A DNA stretch of 43,029 bases from the NCBI GenBank assembly GCA_964558935.1, contig CAZLFP010000007.1, forward strand, positions 1-43,029, given 5' to 3'. This DNA comes from an uncultured Gammaproteobacteria bacterium (GTDB taxonomy: Bacteria; Patescibacteriota; Patescibacteriia; 2-01-FULL-39-33). The notes beneath the pieces are model-generated. The model was not told the origin of the DNA. It saw only the letters and a program-made list of their open reading frames with translations, and did not search any database. The translations under genes and the position numbers were made by a program. Positions 1 to 8,659 of the stretch are shown piece by piece. The number at the start of each line of letters is the position of its first letter. Positions within the stretch are counted from its first letter, which is position 1.

Positions 1-807
1 GTAGAGCTTAAGCCAATCCTCCACTGCCAAGTCTTGAGCCCGAACTCGGTCAGATAAACCAAGATTAATTAAGACATCCTTGGCTTCACATTTAGTTATT
101 TGCAGATAATTAGCCAAATTATTCTGCAATTGTTTTCTTTTACTCAAAAAACCAGCTTTAACCAGCTTAAAAAAACGATTCTCATCAAGATTGGGCAAAT
201 TTTCTCTTAATTTCAAGCTCATAACTGCCGATTCCACCTTAGGTTTAGGCCAAAAACAAGTCGGACTGACCTTAAACAAGATCTGAGGCCGGGCATAGTA
301 CTGAACAACCACTGCCAGCAGACTCATTTGTCCAGGTATGGTTACGAGTCTGTCTGTCACTTCTTTTTGAAGCATGAGAGTCAAACTGCTGGGTTTAACC
401 GTTTGTGAAAAAATTGTTCTGAAAAAATGAGCTGTAATATTGTAGGGCAAATTAGCTACGAGCTTGTATTTGCGGTCTTTTAATCCCAACTGGGCCAAAT
501 CCACCTCTAGAATATCCGCTTGAACCAATTTAAGATTATCCACAGACAGATACTGTTGCTTGAGATATTGGTAGATTTTAACATCCAATTCGACACAAAT
601 AACTTGCTTGGCCCGTTTGACCAACAATTGAGTTAATGCGCCCAAACCGGGTCCAACCTCCAATATCACATCTTTGGAGGTGATATCCGCCGCGTTGACT
701 ATTTTCTGAATAATATTTTGGTCAAATAAAAAATTCTGGCCCTTGCTTTTGGCGGGCACTATGTCTAAATTCCGACTGATGCTTTTAATTTGCGAAATAG
801 TTAACAT
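1..807 (-). CDS. rsmA: 16S rRNA m6,2A dimethyltransferase KsgA/RsmA (3' end runs off the window)
   Basis: Not in the ORF track. Manual translation from ATG 807 gives MLTISQIK...KSKGQNFL...ILEVGPGLG...VANLPYNIT...FWPKPKVES, open to position 1. Confidence 0.93.
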   Translation of the reverse strand, partial: MLTISQIKSISRNLDIVPAKSKGQNFLFDQNIIQKIVNAADITSKDVILEVGPGLGALTQLLVKRAKQVICVELDVKIYQYLKQQYLSVDNLKLVQADILEVDLAQLGLKDRKYKLVANLPYNITAHFFRTIFSQTVKPSSLTLMLQKEVTDRLVTIPGQMSLLAVVVQYYARPQILFKVSPTCFWPKPKVESAVMSLKLRENLPNLDENRFFKLVKAGFLSKRKQLQNNLANYLQITKCEAKDVLINLGLSDRVRAQDLAVEDWLKLY

Positions 808-1804
808 CTTTTTTTTGAATAACTAACCAAAGATAACTTACACCCAACATGCAACAAGTCAGAATTAGGGTGGTTAAGATATACAGCCACCAATTGGTTT
901 CTTGGTACTGCCACCAGTCACTGACAACCACTTTGACCAGACCATAATGAACAAAATAGATCAACAGAGCATTCCGGCCGAGCAAGCTCAGCCATTTTAG
1001 GTGTTTGCTGGTGATAACGTATGCATAATACAGGCCAAAAGCATACAACAGAATGCAACCGACTACCCAGAGCATGGTATCCGGCTTGGGAAACCAGTGA
1101 TCATTTAAATAATTATCATTGGCAAAACTTAACCAAGGAGTGGAATCAAAGAAAACTTGGTTGAGCATGAAGGCATGAACCAGTCCCACACCCATTAAGC
1201 ATACCAGCGTCCAATACATATTCAATTTCTTTGTTTGACAGTTGACAAACCATTCAGCCAACAAAATACCCAGCAAGACAAAGCAAAAATAAGGAATTAA
1301 AGGAAAAGAAGATAAAAAATACAGGGATAGAGAAGGTAGATGATCAGACAGGGTTTGCATCACAATATACTCATAAGACAAGCCGCCAAAACAAGTCACA
1401 ATCAAGCCCAACATTACCAACTGCATCAGCCAATTCTGCTTTAACAACAAAAAAGGGATAGCCAGTATAATACTTAAGCCAATCGTGTGCAAAATATTGC
1501 CCTGAAACACAGGGTGGTTTAACATTAAGCTGAGCAAGAAACCAAAACCCACTAAACTGACTCCCCTAACCAAATACTTTCCAATCATACTGGATTTGGA
1601 AGCTCTTTTGGCTTGAGCTTTGTTAAATGACAAAACCAGACTGAAACCGACCAAGTATAAAAACAAAGGAGCTGACCAGGTCATGGTTAAATAAATCAGC
1701 TCATGCCTAAAAAAACCGGCAGACAGCCAATACCGACCGGTATGATTAATGATCATAAGAATAATGGCCACACCGCGCAAGCCATCGACAAATGGATACC
1801 GCAT
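785..1804 (-). CDS. DUF1624 / heparan-alpha-glucosaminide N-acetyltransferase-like multi-pass membrane acyltransferase
   Basis: N-terminal DGLRGVAIILMIINH motif, FPLIPY, LGRNALLIYFVH; many hydrophobic segments. Confidence 0.75.
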   Translation of the reverse strand: MRYPFVDGLRGVAIILMIINHTGRYWLSAGFFRHELIYLTMTWSAPLFLYLVGFSLVLSFNKAQAKRASKSSMIGKYLVRGVSLVGFGFLLSLMLNHPVFQGNILHTIGLSIILAIPFLLLKQNWLMQLVMLGLIVTCFGGLSYEYIVMQTLSDHLPSLSLYFLSSFPLIPYFCFVLLGILLAEWFVNCQTKKLNMYWTLVCLMGVGLVHAFMLNQVFFDSTPWLSFANDNYLNDHWFPKPDTMLWVVGCILLYAFGLYYAYVITSKHLKWLSLLGRNALLIYFVHYGLVKVVVSDWWQYQETNWWLYILTTLILTCCMLGVSYLWLVIQKKDVNYFAN

Positions 1805-1805
1805 A

Positions 1806-2987
1806 TTAAAGAAATAAATACAGCAAAGTCATTAAGGCACCTAAAATAAAAATCGCATTCCAGCCAGGAGCAAAGAACATTAACAAAACCAAGGCAATGG
1901 TTAGGGCAATGATTTTACCCAAAACCAAAGCCATTTCAAAAAATACGATTTCCCGCATGACAGACCTGTCCTGAGCTTCTTCATATAACTTGGCAGTCAT
2001 GGGAATGAGCAGAGCTTGTTTGGCAATCCTGGAATAGGCATCAACCACAAATACACCCAAAGTTCCACGAATCATCAAACGCACAAGCCAGCTGAAGAAA
2101 TAAAAAATGGATCCAAAATGAGAAACAATTCTCCTGTCCTGTTGGTCACTTAAACGACCGATCAATAAAAAAACCAAGGTAGTTATGAAAACAGAAGCGG
2201 CTGTCAGCAATCCAACACTGAGAAAATCTCTAATCACCAAGTAGATGAAAATTGGCCAGATGGTCATGACCAAAACTTCCTCCCCAAATCCCATGTAAGT
2301 GACTAACTTCCTCCTGTTGTCTGCATCAAACATATCTTCATAAGTCTTCCAGTAATCAAAATGCATGGGCTTAACTTCCTCTTTGGTAATTAGCATCGGA
2401 ATATTGGAAATTAGAATCAAAGTTGAGACAAATAGGAATAAAATACCAAAGCCGTACAATTCAATTAAAAAACCGCCGGCCAGAGGTCCTAAAATACACA
2501 CCAATGAGCCTAAAGCGGCCAGGTTACTGATCTCCCTGCCCTGTTCGCCATCGATTGAAAAATTGGCAAAATTACTGTGGTAGGCCGGCCAATAGAATAT
2601 TTTACTCAGAGTGTAGAAAACAGCGGCCGGGATAATCATCCAGAAATAATATTCAATTGAAAACAAACTTAAATAAAAAATAACCGTAAAAACAGTACCC
2701 AGAGCAATAGATCTTTCGTAGCCGAATTTCTTGGCGAACTTGGCGCCCAAGGGCATGGTCCAAAAATACATGACATAGACCGCCAAGTAAAAAACCAACA
2801 CAAACTTTAAAGTATCCGCCAGTGCATAATCTTTTGCAAAAACCAAATATAAATACACCGGCTCAAAGACTAAAATGGCATTAATGGCAAAATTCAAAAT
2901 CAAAGTGGCGGCATACAGTTCTTTGACTTGCTGCGTCAGCCGTCTGGCAAAAAAGGAAGCAAATAAATTTTTAATCTGACCCGGCAT
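1806..2987 (-). CDS. MFS transporter
   Basis: About 12 hydrophobic segments; GRLSDQQDRR motif-A-like sequence; paralog of the upstream gene. Confidence 0.8.
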   Translation of the reverse strand: MPGQIKNLFASFFARRLTQQVKELYAATLILNFAINAILVFEPVYLYLVFAKDYALADTLKFVLVFYLAVYVMYFWTMPLGAKFAKKFGYERSIALGTVFTVIFYLSLFSIEYYFWMIIPAAVFYTLSKIFYWPAYHSNFANFSIDGEQGREISNLAALGSLVCILGPLAGGFLIELYGFGILFLFVSTLILISNIPMLITKEEVKPMHFDYWKTYEDMFDADNRRKLVTYMGFGEEVLVMTIWPIFIYLVIRDFLSVGLLTAASVFITTLVFLLIGRLSDQQDRRIVSHFGSIFYFFSWLVRLMIRGTLGVFVVDAYSRIAKQALLIPMTAKLYEEAQDRSVMREIVFFEMALVLGKIIALTIALVLLMFFAPGWNAIFILGALMTLLYLFL

Positions 2988-2988
2988 G

Positions 2989-4155
2989 CTAGAGTAAATT
3001 TATGAATAAGGAGGCGACTGCCGCCAAGACAAAGGTCCATTGCAAACCCACAAAACTAACCAGCACCAACAGCAGAATTATACCGATGGATCTACCCATA
3101 TTCAAAGACATTTCCCTCAGCACGCTCTGTTCGTCTACGTAATGGCCGGCATCCGCTGCTTTCTCGTATATCAAAGCAGAAAAAGGCGTACGCATTACAA
3201 TACCGGCAAAATTATGGTAAGTGGAAGCAATGAAAATTTGGAAACCGGTAGCCACAAAGATTTTCACAAACCAACCAAGGGCATACAAGTAAGAACCAAT
3301 TTTAAGCAACTTCTTTTTGTTGTATTTGTCAGTCAACTTACCCATTAACATTCTGACCACCACCGTCACCAGTACAATCGCTGAAGACACCGCGCCGACT
3401 GCCAAAAAGTCTCCCTCCAACAGCTGGAAAATAAAAATCGGCCAGATAATCACACCAATTGAATTCTCGACACCATCCGCCAAATAAGATCCAAATATTC
3501 TGCGGTAGCTTTTACTGAATAATTTATGCCAGGTTTTCTTGAAAGAATAAGTAAATTTTTCGTAAGTCGGCCTAACCATAAACAAAGGTACGATCGAAGT
3601 TGCAATTAAAACCAGTGCTAACAGAAATAAAGTTTCAAAACCATGTTTATCAATCACCCAGCCGGCAAAAAAAGGAATGAAAATCGAGACAATTGAAGAG
3701 ATGGAGCTAAAAAAGGAGATCACCTGTCCCCGGCTCTTTTTATTGGTAAACTTAGCAAAATCGGTATGATAGGGAATCCAAAACAATTGCATTCTAAGCT
3801 CAATGCAAATTAGCATCAGTATCACAAAGATTAAGACCGGATATCCCAAAGACAGATAATACAAACTGGCATAAAAAAGAACTTTAAAAGGAATGGACAA
3901 TATCATAGAAGTCTTTTGGCCCAAAACCGACATAACTTTGGCTCCCCAAAACATGAAGATTAAATATAGAAAGTACAAACAAAAATAATAAACCAGAACC
4001 CACTCCAACTTACCAAAAATTTGCCACAAAAAAACCGGCATGAAAATGCCGACCAAACCAGACCCGATTTGATCGATTACAATATTGGAATACAAAGCGG
4101 TTATACCGGAAGACAAATCTGACTTATCAAATTTTTGCTGAAACGCCTTAACCAT
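2989..4155 (-). CDS. MFS transporter
   Basis: About 12 TM segments; GKLTDKYNKK motif-A-like sequence; shares W.PYH..FA.F and IWPIFI with the neighbour. Confidence 0.8.
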   Translation of the reverse strand: MVKAFQQKFDKSDLSSGITALYSNIVIDQIGSGLVGIFMPVFLWQIFGKLEWVLVYYFCLYFLYLIFMFWGAKVMSVLGQKTSMILSIPFKVLFYASLYYLSLGYPVLIFVILMLICIELRMQLFWIPYHTDFAKFTNKKSRGQVISFFSSISSIVSIFIPFFAGWVIDKHGFETLFLLALVLIATSIVPLFMVRPTYEKFTYSFKKTWHKLFSKSYRRIFGSYLADGVENSIGVIIWPIFIFQLLEGDFLAVGAVSSAIVLVTVVVRMLMGKLTDKYNKKKLLKIGSYLYALGWFVKIFVATGFQIFIASTYHNFAGIVMRTPFSALIYEKAADAGHYVDEQSVLREMSLNMGRSIGIILLLVLVSFVGLQWTFVLAAVASLFINLL

Positions 4156-4160
4156 GCATT

Positions 4161-5126
4161 TTAAAATTTACGAAACAATTTGTAGGTATTATACCAAAAA
4201 TCCCGATAAACTTCATCATAGGCACCAATGTAATGAGTAAACTCGTTGTCAGGGCAAAAGCCGGTTTTAAAACGCGTCACTCCGGGCCATTTAAGACGAT
4301 CAACTCCCCAAAAATCATAATACTTTTTGTGTCGTGACTGAGCCTCCAAGATCGCTTGCCACTGCAGTAGATAAGGAGCCATGATGCGACGATATGAATA
4401 ATCTGAAGCACCGTGCAAATATACGGCCCAATCTCCAAAAAAAATCATCAAATTGGCGGCAATTACCCGGTTGTCCAGCTTGGCCACCCAGATCTCTAAT
4501 ATACCGGCTTGAGCCAGAATTTCAACCAAAGTTTGGTAGTAATGTTTGGGGTGAGGCGTAATTTCCTGCCGATCTGACGTTAATTGCGTTAATCGCCAAA
4601 AATCCTCCAGATACTGGCTGCCCTGATCTATCCTCACTCCGTGTTTACCGGCCACTTTGATATTATATCTGGTCTTGCTTTTCATGGCAGACAGCAACTG
4701 ATTTTGCTCCTGACATAAATCTAAAATTAAGGTTTGCTTGGGTTGAACCTGTCCGACATTGATTAATTTATTTGACACCCCAGGCAGTTGCGTCAGAGCG
4801 GGATCAAATCTTAAGAAAACAATGCCTGCTGCTTTCGCCAATTCAGCGATCTTAACCAACATAGCCTCAAAAACCAGATCAGACTCTGCCATGGGTCCTC
4901 TCGGACAGTACCAGTACCGAAAAAATCCTTTAATCTCCATTTGGATTATTTGCGCAACACCCAATATCCGATCTTCTTCAGCGACAACACGTACAACTTG
5001 CCTGCCCAAAGCTTGCTGAAACTCACCCCATTCCCATGCCTGCAACAAACCAAAATCCAGGGAATGTTTTTTTACAAAATCATTCCAATCCGATTGATTT
5101 GTATTCTTAATCTGAGAAATCTGCAT
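4161..5126 (-). CDS. FemAB/FemX-family aminoacyl-tRNA-dependent peptidoglycan bridge transferase
   Basis: LLQAWEWGEFQ, YCPRGP, KTRYNI, YLHGAS, YDFWG and GVTRFKTGF motifs. Start moved to ATG 5126, 7 nt after TAAAAT. Confidence 0.88.
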   Translation of the reverse strand: MQISQIKNTNQSDWNDFVKKHSLDFGLLQAWEWGEFQQALGRQVVRVVAEEDRILGVAQIIQMEIKGFFRYWYCPRGPMAESDLVFEAMLVKIAELAKAAGIVFLRFDPALTQLPGVSNKLINVGQVQPKQTLILDLCQEQNQLLSAMKSKTRYNIKVAGKHGVRIDQGSQYLEDFWRLTQLTSDRQEITPHPKHYYQTLVEILAQAGILEIWVAKLDNRVIAANLMIFFGDWAVYLHGASDYSYRRIMAPYLLQWQAILEAQSRHKKYYDFWGVDRLKWPGVTRFKTGFCPDNEFTHYIGAYDEVYRDFWYNTYKLFRKF

Positions 5127-5145
5127 TGCAGTTATTTTAACATAC

Positions 5146-5178
5146 AAAAAGCGGTTAGAAAACTCGGGTTCTAACCGC
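5146..5178 (-). terminator. Intrinsic terminator of the orphan gene 5190-5453
   Basis: GCGGTTAGAA/TTCTAACCGC inverted repeat with an A-run on the + strand (U-tract on -). Confidence 0.75.
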
Positions 5179-5189
5179 TCGTAATTAGC

Positions 5190-5453
5190 TTAGAGTTCAA
5201 CTGACCTAACCAGCACCTCATGAATGTCGGCAATACAGGTTAGACAATCCTCCCTTAAAGCCAGTAGAACGACTGCCACCGGATTATCTGGCGGTGCATC
5301 ATGTTCCTCGTCCGGGCTAATACCCAACTTGTCGGGATCAAAACCCATCCTCTTCAAATTGTCGTTGATATTGGCTACCATACGCACCGCATCGTGTTGT
5401 ACGCTGGCAGCTGACCGCCTGTCAGTGTTGCTTAACTCTTGTCGCTTATTCAT
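5190..5453 (-). CDS. Orphan hypothetical protein (87 aa)
   Basis: GGGAGG SD about 7 nt before ATG 5453 (MNKRQELS); has its own promoter and terminator. Confidence 0.7.
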   Translation of the reverse strand: MNKRQELSNTDRRSAASVQHDAVRMVANINDNLKRMGFDPDKLGISPDEEHDAPPDNPVAVVLLALREDCLTCIADIHEVLVRSVEL

Positions 5454-5500
5454 GTTAATCCCTCCCTTGTCGCTAACCAAACTAATCAACAGACCTAGGT

Positions 5501-5529
5501 ATCTTACCTGGAAAATACATTTTTGTAAA
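5501..5529 (-). promoter_or_regulatory. Sigma70-type promoter for the orphan gene
   Basis: TTTACA-17 bp-TAAGAT on the minus strand. Confidence 0.6.
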
Positions 5530-5534
5530 TACTG

Positions 5535-5561
5535 AAAAAAGAGCCTGCTGTCAGGCTCTTT
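5535..5561 (-). terminator. leuS terminator
   Basis: AAAGAGCCTG/CAGGCTCTTT hairpin with a U-tract on the minus strand. Confidence 0.75.
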
Positions 5562-5572
5562 GAGATAATTGT

Positions 5573-8572
5573 TTAAACCACAAAACCGATTATTCTGCCG
5601 GGTACAAAAATAACTTTCTTAACTGACTTGTTGGCTAAATACTTTTTGACATTGGGCAGGGCTTGAGCCGCCTCCACCGCTGCTGCCTGAGTAATGTCTG
5701 AGGCTAAGCTTAACTTGGCCCTAACCTTACCATTGATCTGAACCGCAAATTCTGACTGAGCATCGATAATCCTGGCACTGTCATAAGCGGGCCAATCTGT
5801 TAAACAAACACTGTCCGCTTTACCCATTTGAGACCATAATTCTTCAGCCAAATGAGGCGCAAAAGGAGATAGAATAATCAATAGACTCTCCCAAACTTTC
5901 TTACTGGCTTGTTTTTTTTCCGTCAGCTTGTTGACCAGTATCATTAAAGCGGAAATCGCCGTGTTAAACCGCATCTCGTCTATGTCTTCCGTCACCTTTT
6001 TAATTGTTTTGTTGAGCAAAACTTCTGTTTCATCATCTGCCTTATCCGTGAGTTCAATATTCTCAGATAAATTCCAAACTTTTTCCAAAAATCTTCTAAC
6101 ACCAACCACTCCCTTGGTATCCCAGGGAATGGCTTGGTCAAAAGGACCCATGAACATCTCATACACCCTTAACGTATCTGCTCCATACTCTTTAACCACT
6201 TCATCCGGATTAACCACATTACCCCGAGACTTACTCATCTTTTCTCCACCTTCTCCCAGCACCATGCCCTGAGCGGTTCTTTTCAGATAAGGTTCAGAAG
6301 TTGGCACATGCTTAATATCATACAAAAACTTGTGCCAAAATCTGGAATACAACAAATGTAAAGTGGTATGCTCCATGCCACCGTTGTACCAGTCTACCGG
6401 AGACCAATAATTTAATTTGTCTTCAGCAGCTAATTCTCGGTCATTCTTGGGATCTATGTATCTTAAGAAATACCATGAACTACCCGCCCACTGAGGCATG
6501 GTATCTGTTTCCCTTGTGGCATCTCCACCGCACTTAGGGCATTTGGTTTTAATCCAATCTGTTTGCTTGGCCAAGGGAGATTGACCATCTTCACTTGCCT
6601 CATACTCTTTAACTTCCGGCAATTCCAAAGGCAAATCTTTATCTTCCAAAGGAATCCAACCGGTATTTTTAACATCTAAGATTAAGTTTAAGATAAAAGG
6701 AGATTCTTTGACTTGAAAATGGCCTTGGCCGGTCACAATTTCCATCATCCAACCCTTAGGCAAATCAGATTCCGGGGCAACTTGGATAAAAGGATCATCG
6801 TCTGACAGAACCAGATTTACACTGCCAACCAATTTATCAACTGTCTTTAAATCCACCGGCGCTTCATTAAATTTCAACAGGGCTTCAAAATCAGTCCCCG
6901 GCCATTGTTTTTGATGCACAGACATATCCGCATGCCGTCTCTGCCCACCGAGGAGAGATCCAATTAAAAACAAATGGCCAATTCTCTTTTTGTTTTTCTC
7001 AATTAAATGCACAGCTGCCTTAGTACCCAAACTATGGGCGATAATCATATCGTCTTCTCCCAACTGATCCACATATTCTTTTAATTCACTCAGCCAGGTC
7101 TTTAAATCCGGAGCCTTACTGTTGGACAAAGTTGGATTAAAAACTTCAAAACCTTGTTTTTCTAATTCAATCTTCAGCCAAGGTAACCAATTGCCTTCGC
7201 CGGTGTCTGCAAAGCCATGAATCAACAAAACTTTTTGTTTCTTTTTAGCACAAGACTCACAATACACTACCGGAATCGGTTCACCCCAATATCTTTGACG
7301 AGAAAAAACCCAATCTCTTAACTTGTAATTAACCGCTTTAACTCCATGATTATTGTCTTCCAGCCAGTCTGTCATTTTAACAATCGCTTCTTTGGGAATT
7401 AAACCATCTAAAAAGTCAGAATTGACCATCTTACCATTATCTATATCTGTATATGCCTGTTTGGCAATGTTTCCACCAGATATCACCTCTATAATGTCCA
7501 GCTTAAACTTCTTGGCAAACTCATAATCCCTCTCATCATGAGCCGGCACTGCCATAATGGCACCGGTGCCGTAACCAGCTAACACATAATCTGAAATCCA
7601 AACGGGAATTTCCACTCCATTGACCGGATTAACTGCTTTAACCCCCTTTAACTCTACCCCGGTCTTTTCTTTATTTAATTCTGTTCTTTCCAAGTCAGAT
7701 TTCTTAGCCGCTTCAGTAATATATTTTTCCACTTCAGCAAAATTCTGTATCTTATCTTTTAACTTCAAAACCAATTCATGTTCCGGGGCTACCACCATAT
7801 AAGTTGCGCCGAATAGAGTATCCGGACGAGTCGTATACACTTTTAACTTGTGATCCGTATCTTTGATCTTGAAATCTATTTCCGCTCCGGTACTCTTGCC
7901 AATCCAATTTATCTGCTGGGTTTTTATTTGTTCCAAATAATCTACTGCATCCAAATCTTTAATCAGACGATCTGCATACCGAGTGATCCTCAACATCCAT
8001 TGGGATTTATTCTTCTTAACAACTTCTCCCCCACATCTTTCACATTGACCGTTAACCACTTCTTCGTTGGCCAAACCCACCTTACAATCCAAGCAAAAAT
8101 TAATCGGCATCTCTACCTTGTAGGCCAAGCCATGTTTAAACAGTTGCAGAAAAATCCATTGAGTCCACTTGTAATACTTGGGATCTGTAGTATTGACTTC
8201 TCTGGACCAATCAAAAGAAATGCCCAAAGACTTTAACTGCCTCTTAAAGGTCTGGATATTCTCTTCCGTCTTAACCCTGGGATGAGTTCCTGTTTTAATG
8301 GCAAAATTCTCTGCCGGCAAACCGAAAGCATCCCACCCGATGGGATACAGAACATTGAAACCCTGCATTCTCTTCTTGCGAGCAATAATGTCCATGGCCG
8401 TAAAGCTTCTGGGATGGCCCACGTGCAGTCCTTCAGCGGATGGATAGGGAAATTCAATTAAAGCGTAGTATTTGGGTTTAAGATCTCCATCCTGGGCTTC
8501 AAACAGCTGATGATCTTGCCAGTAAGCTTGCCACTTAGCTTCAATTTCAGAAGGAGAATAGTGTTTTGACAT
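5573..8572 (-). CDS. leuS: Leucyl-tRNA synthetase with an inserted alpha/beta-hydrolase domain (aa 442-637)
   Basis: FPYPS..GLHVGH (HIGH), CP1 editing motifs TTRPDT and GTGAIMAVPAHDERD, DWVFSRQRYWGEPIP, KMSKS. About 190 aa longer than typical. Confidence 0.97.
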   Translation of the reverse strand: MSKHYSPSEIEAKWQAYWQDHQLFEAQDGDLKPKYYALIEFPYPSAEGLHVGHPRSFTAMDIIARKKRMQGFNVLYPIGWDAFGLPAENFAIKTGTHPRVKTEENIQTFKRQLKSLGISFDWSREVNTTDPKYYKWTQWIFLQLFKHGLAYKVEMPINFCLDCKVGLANEEVVNGQCERCGGEVVKKNKSQWMLRITRYADRLIKDLDAVDYLEQIKTQQINWIGKSTGAEIDFKIKDTDHKLKVYTTRPDTLFGATYMVVAPEHELVLKLKDKIQNFAEVEKYITEAAKKSDLERTELNKEKTGVELKGVKAVNPVNGVEIPVWISDYVLAGYGTGAIMAVPAHDERDYEFAKKFKLDIIEVISGGNIAKQAYTDIDNGKMVNSDFLDGLIPKEAIVKMTDWLEDNNHGVKAVNYKLRDWVFSRQRYWGEPIPVVYCESCAKKKQKVLLIHGFADTGEGNWLPWLKIELEKQGFEVFNPTLSNSKAPDLKTWLSELKEYVDQLGEDDMIIAHSLGTKAAVHLIEKNKKRIGHLFLIGSLLGGQRRHADMSVHQKQWPGTDFEALLKFNEAPVDLKTVDKLVGSVNLVLSDDDPFIQVAPESDLPKGWMMEIVTGQGHFQVKESPFILNLILDVKNTGWIPLEDKDLPLELPEVKEYEASEDGQSPLAKQTDWIKTKCPKCGGDATRETDTMPQWAGSSWYFLRYIDPKNDRELAAEDKLNYWSPVDWYNGGMEHTTLHLLYSRFWHKFLYDIKHVPTSEPYLKRTAQGMVLGEGGEKMSKSRGNVVNPDEVVKEYGADTLRVYEMFMGPFDQAIPWDTKGVVGVRRFLEKVWNLSENIELTDKADDETEVLLNKTIKKVTEDIDEMRFNTAISALMILVNKLTEKKQASKKVWESLLIILSPFAPHLAEELWSQMGKADSVCLTDWPAYDSARIIDAQSEFAVQINGKVRAKLSLASDITQAAAVEAAQALPNVKKYLANKSVKKVIFVPGRIIGFVV

Positions 8573-8630
8573 AGAGAATAACTTAATCTTAATGTTATTA
8601 AATTAACATAAACAAACATTTTTTTCAATC

Positions 8631-8656
8631 AAAAAACCACTCTTGAAGAGTGGCTT
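8631..8656 (-). terminator. uvrA terminator
   Basis: CCACTCT/AGAGTGG hairpin next to an A-run. Confidence 0.6.
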
Positions 8657-8659
8657 GAA

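Noticed and set aside
6662-7249. Intein or intron explanation for the leuS insertion
   Set aside because: No N-terminal Cys/Ser intein block, no terminal His-Asn and no LAGLIDADG motif. The frame is open and has hydrolase motifs.
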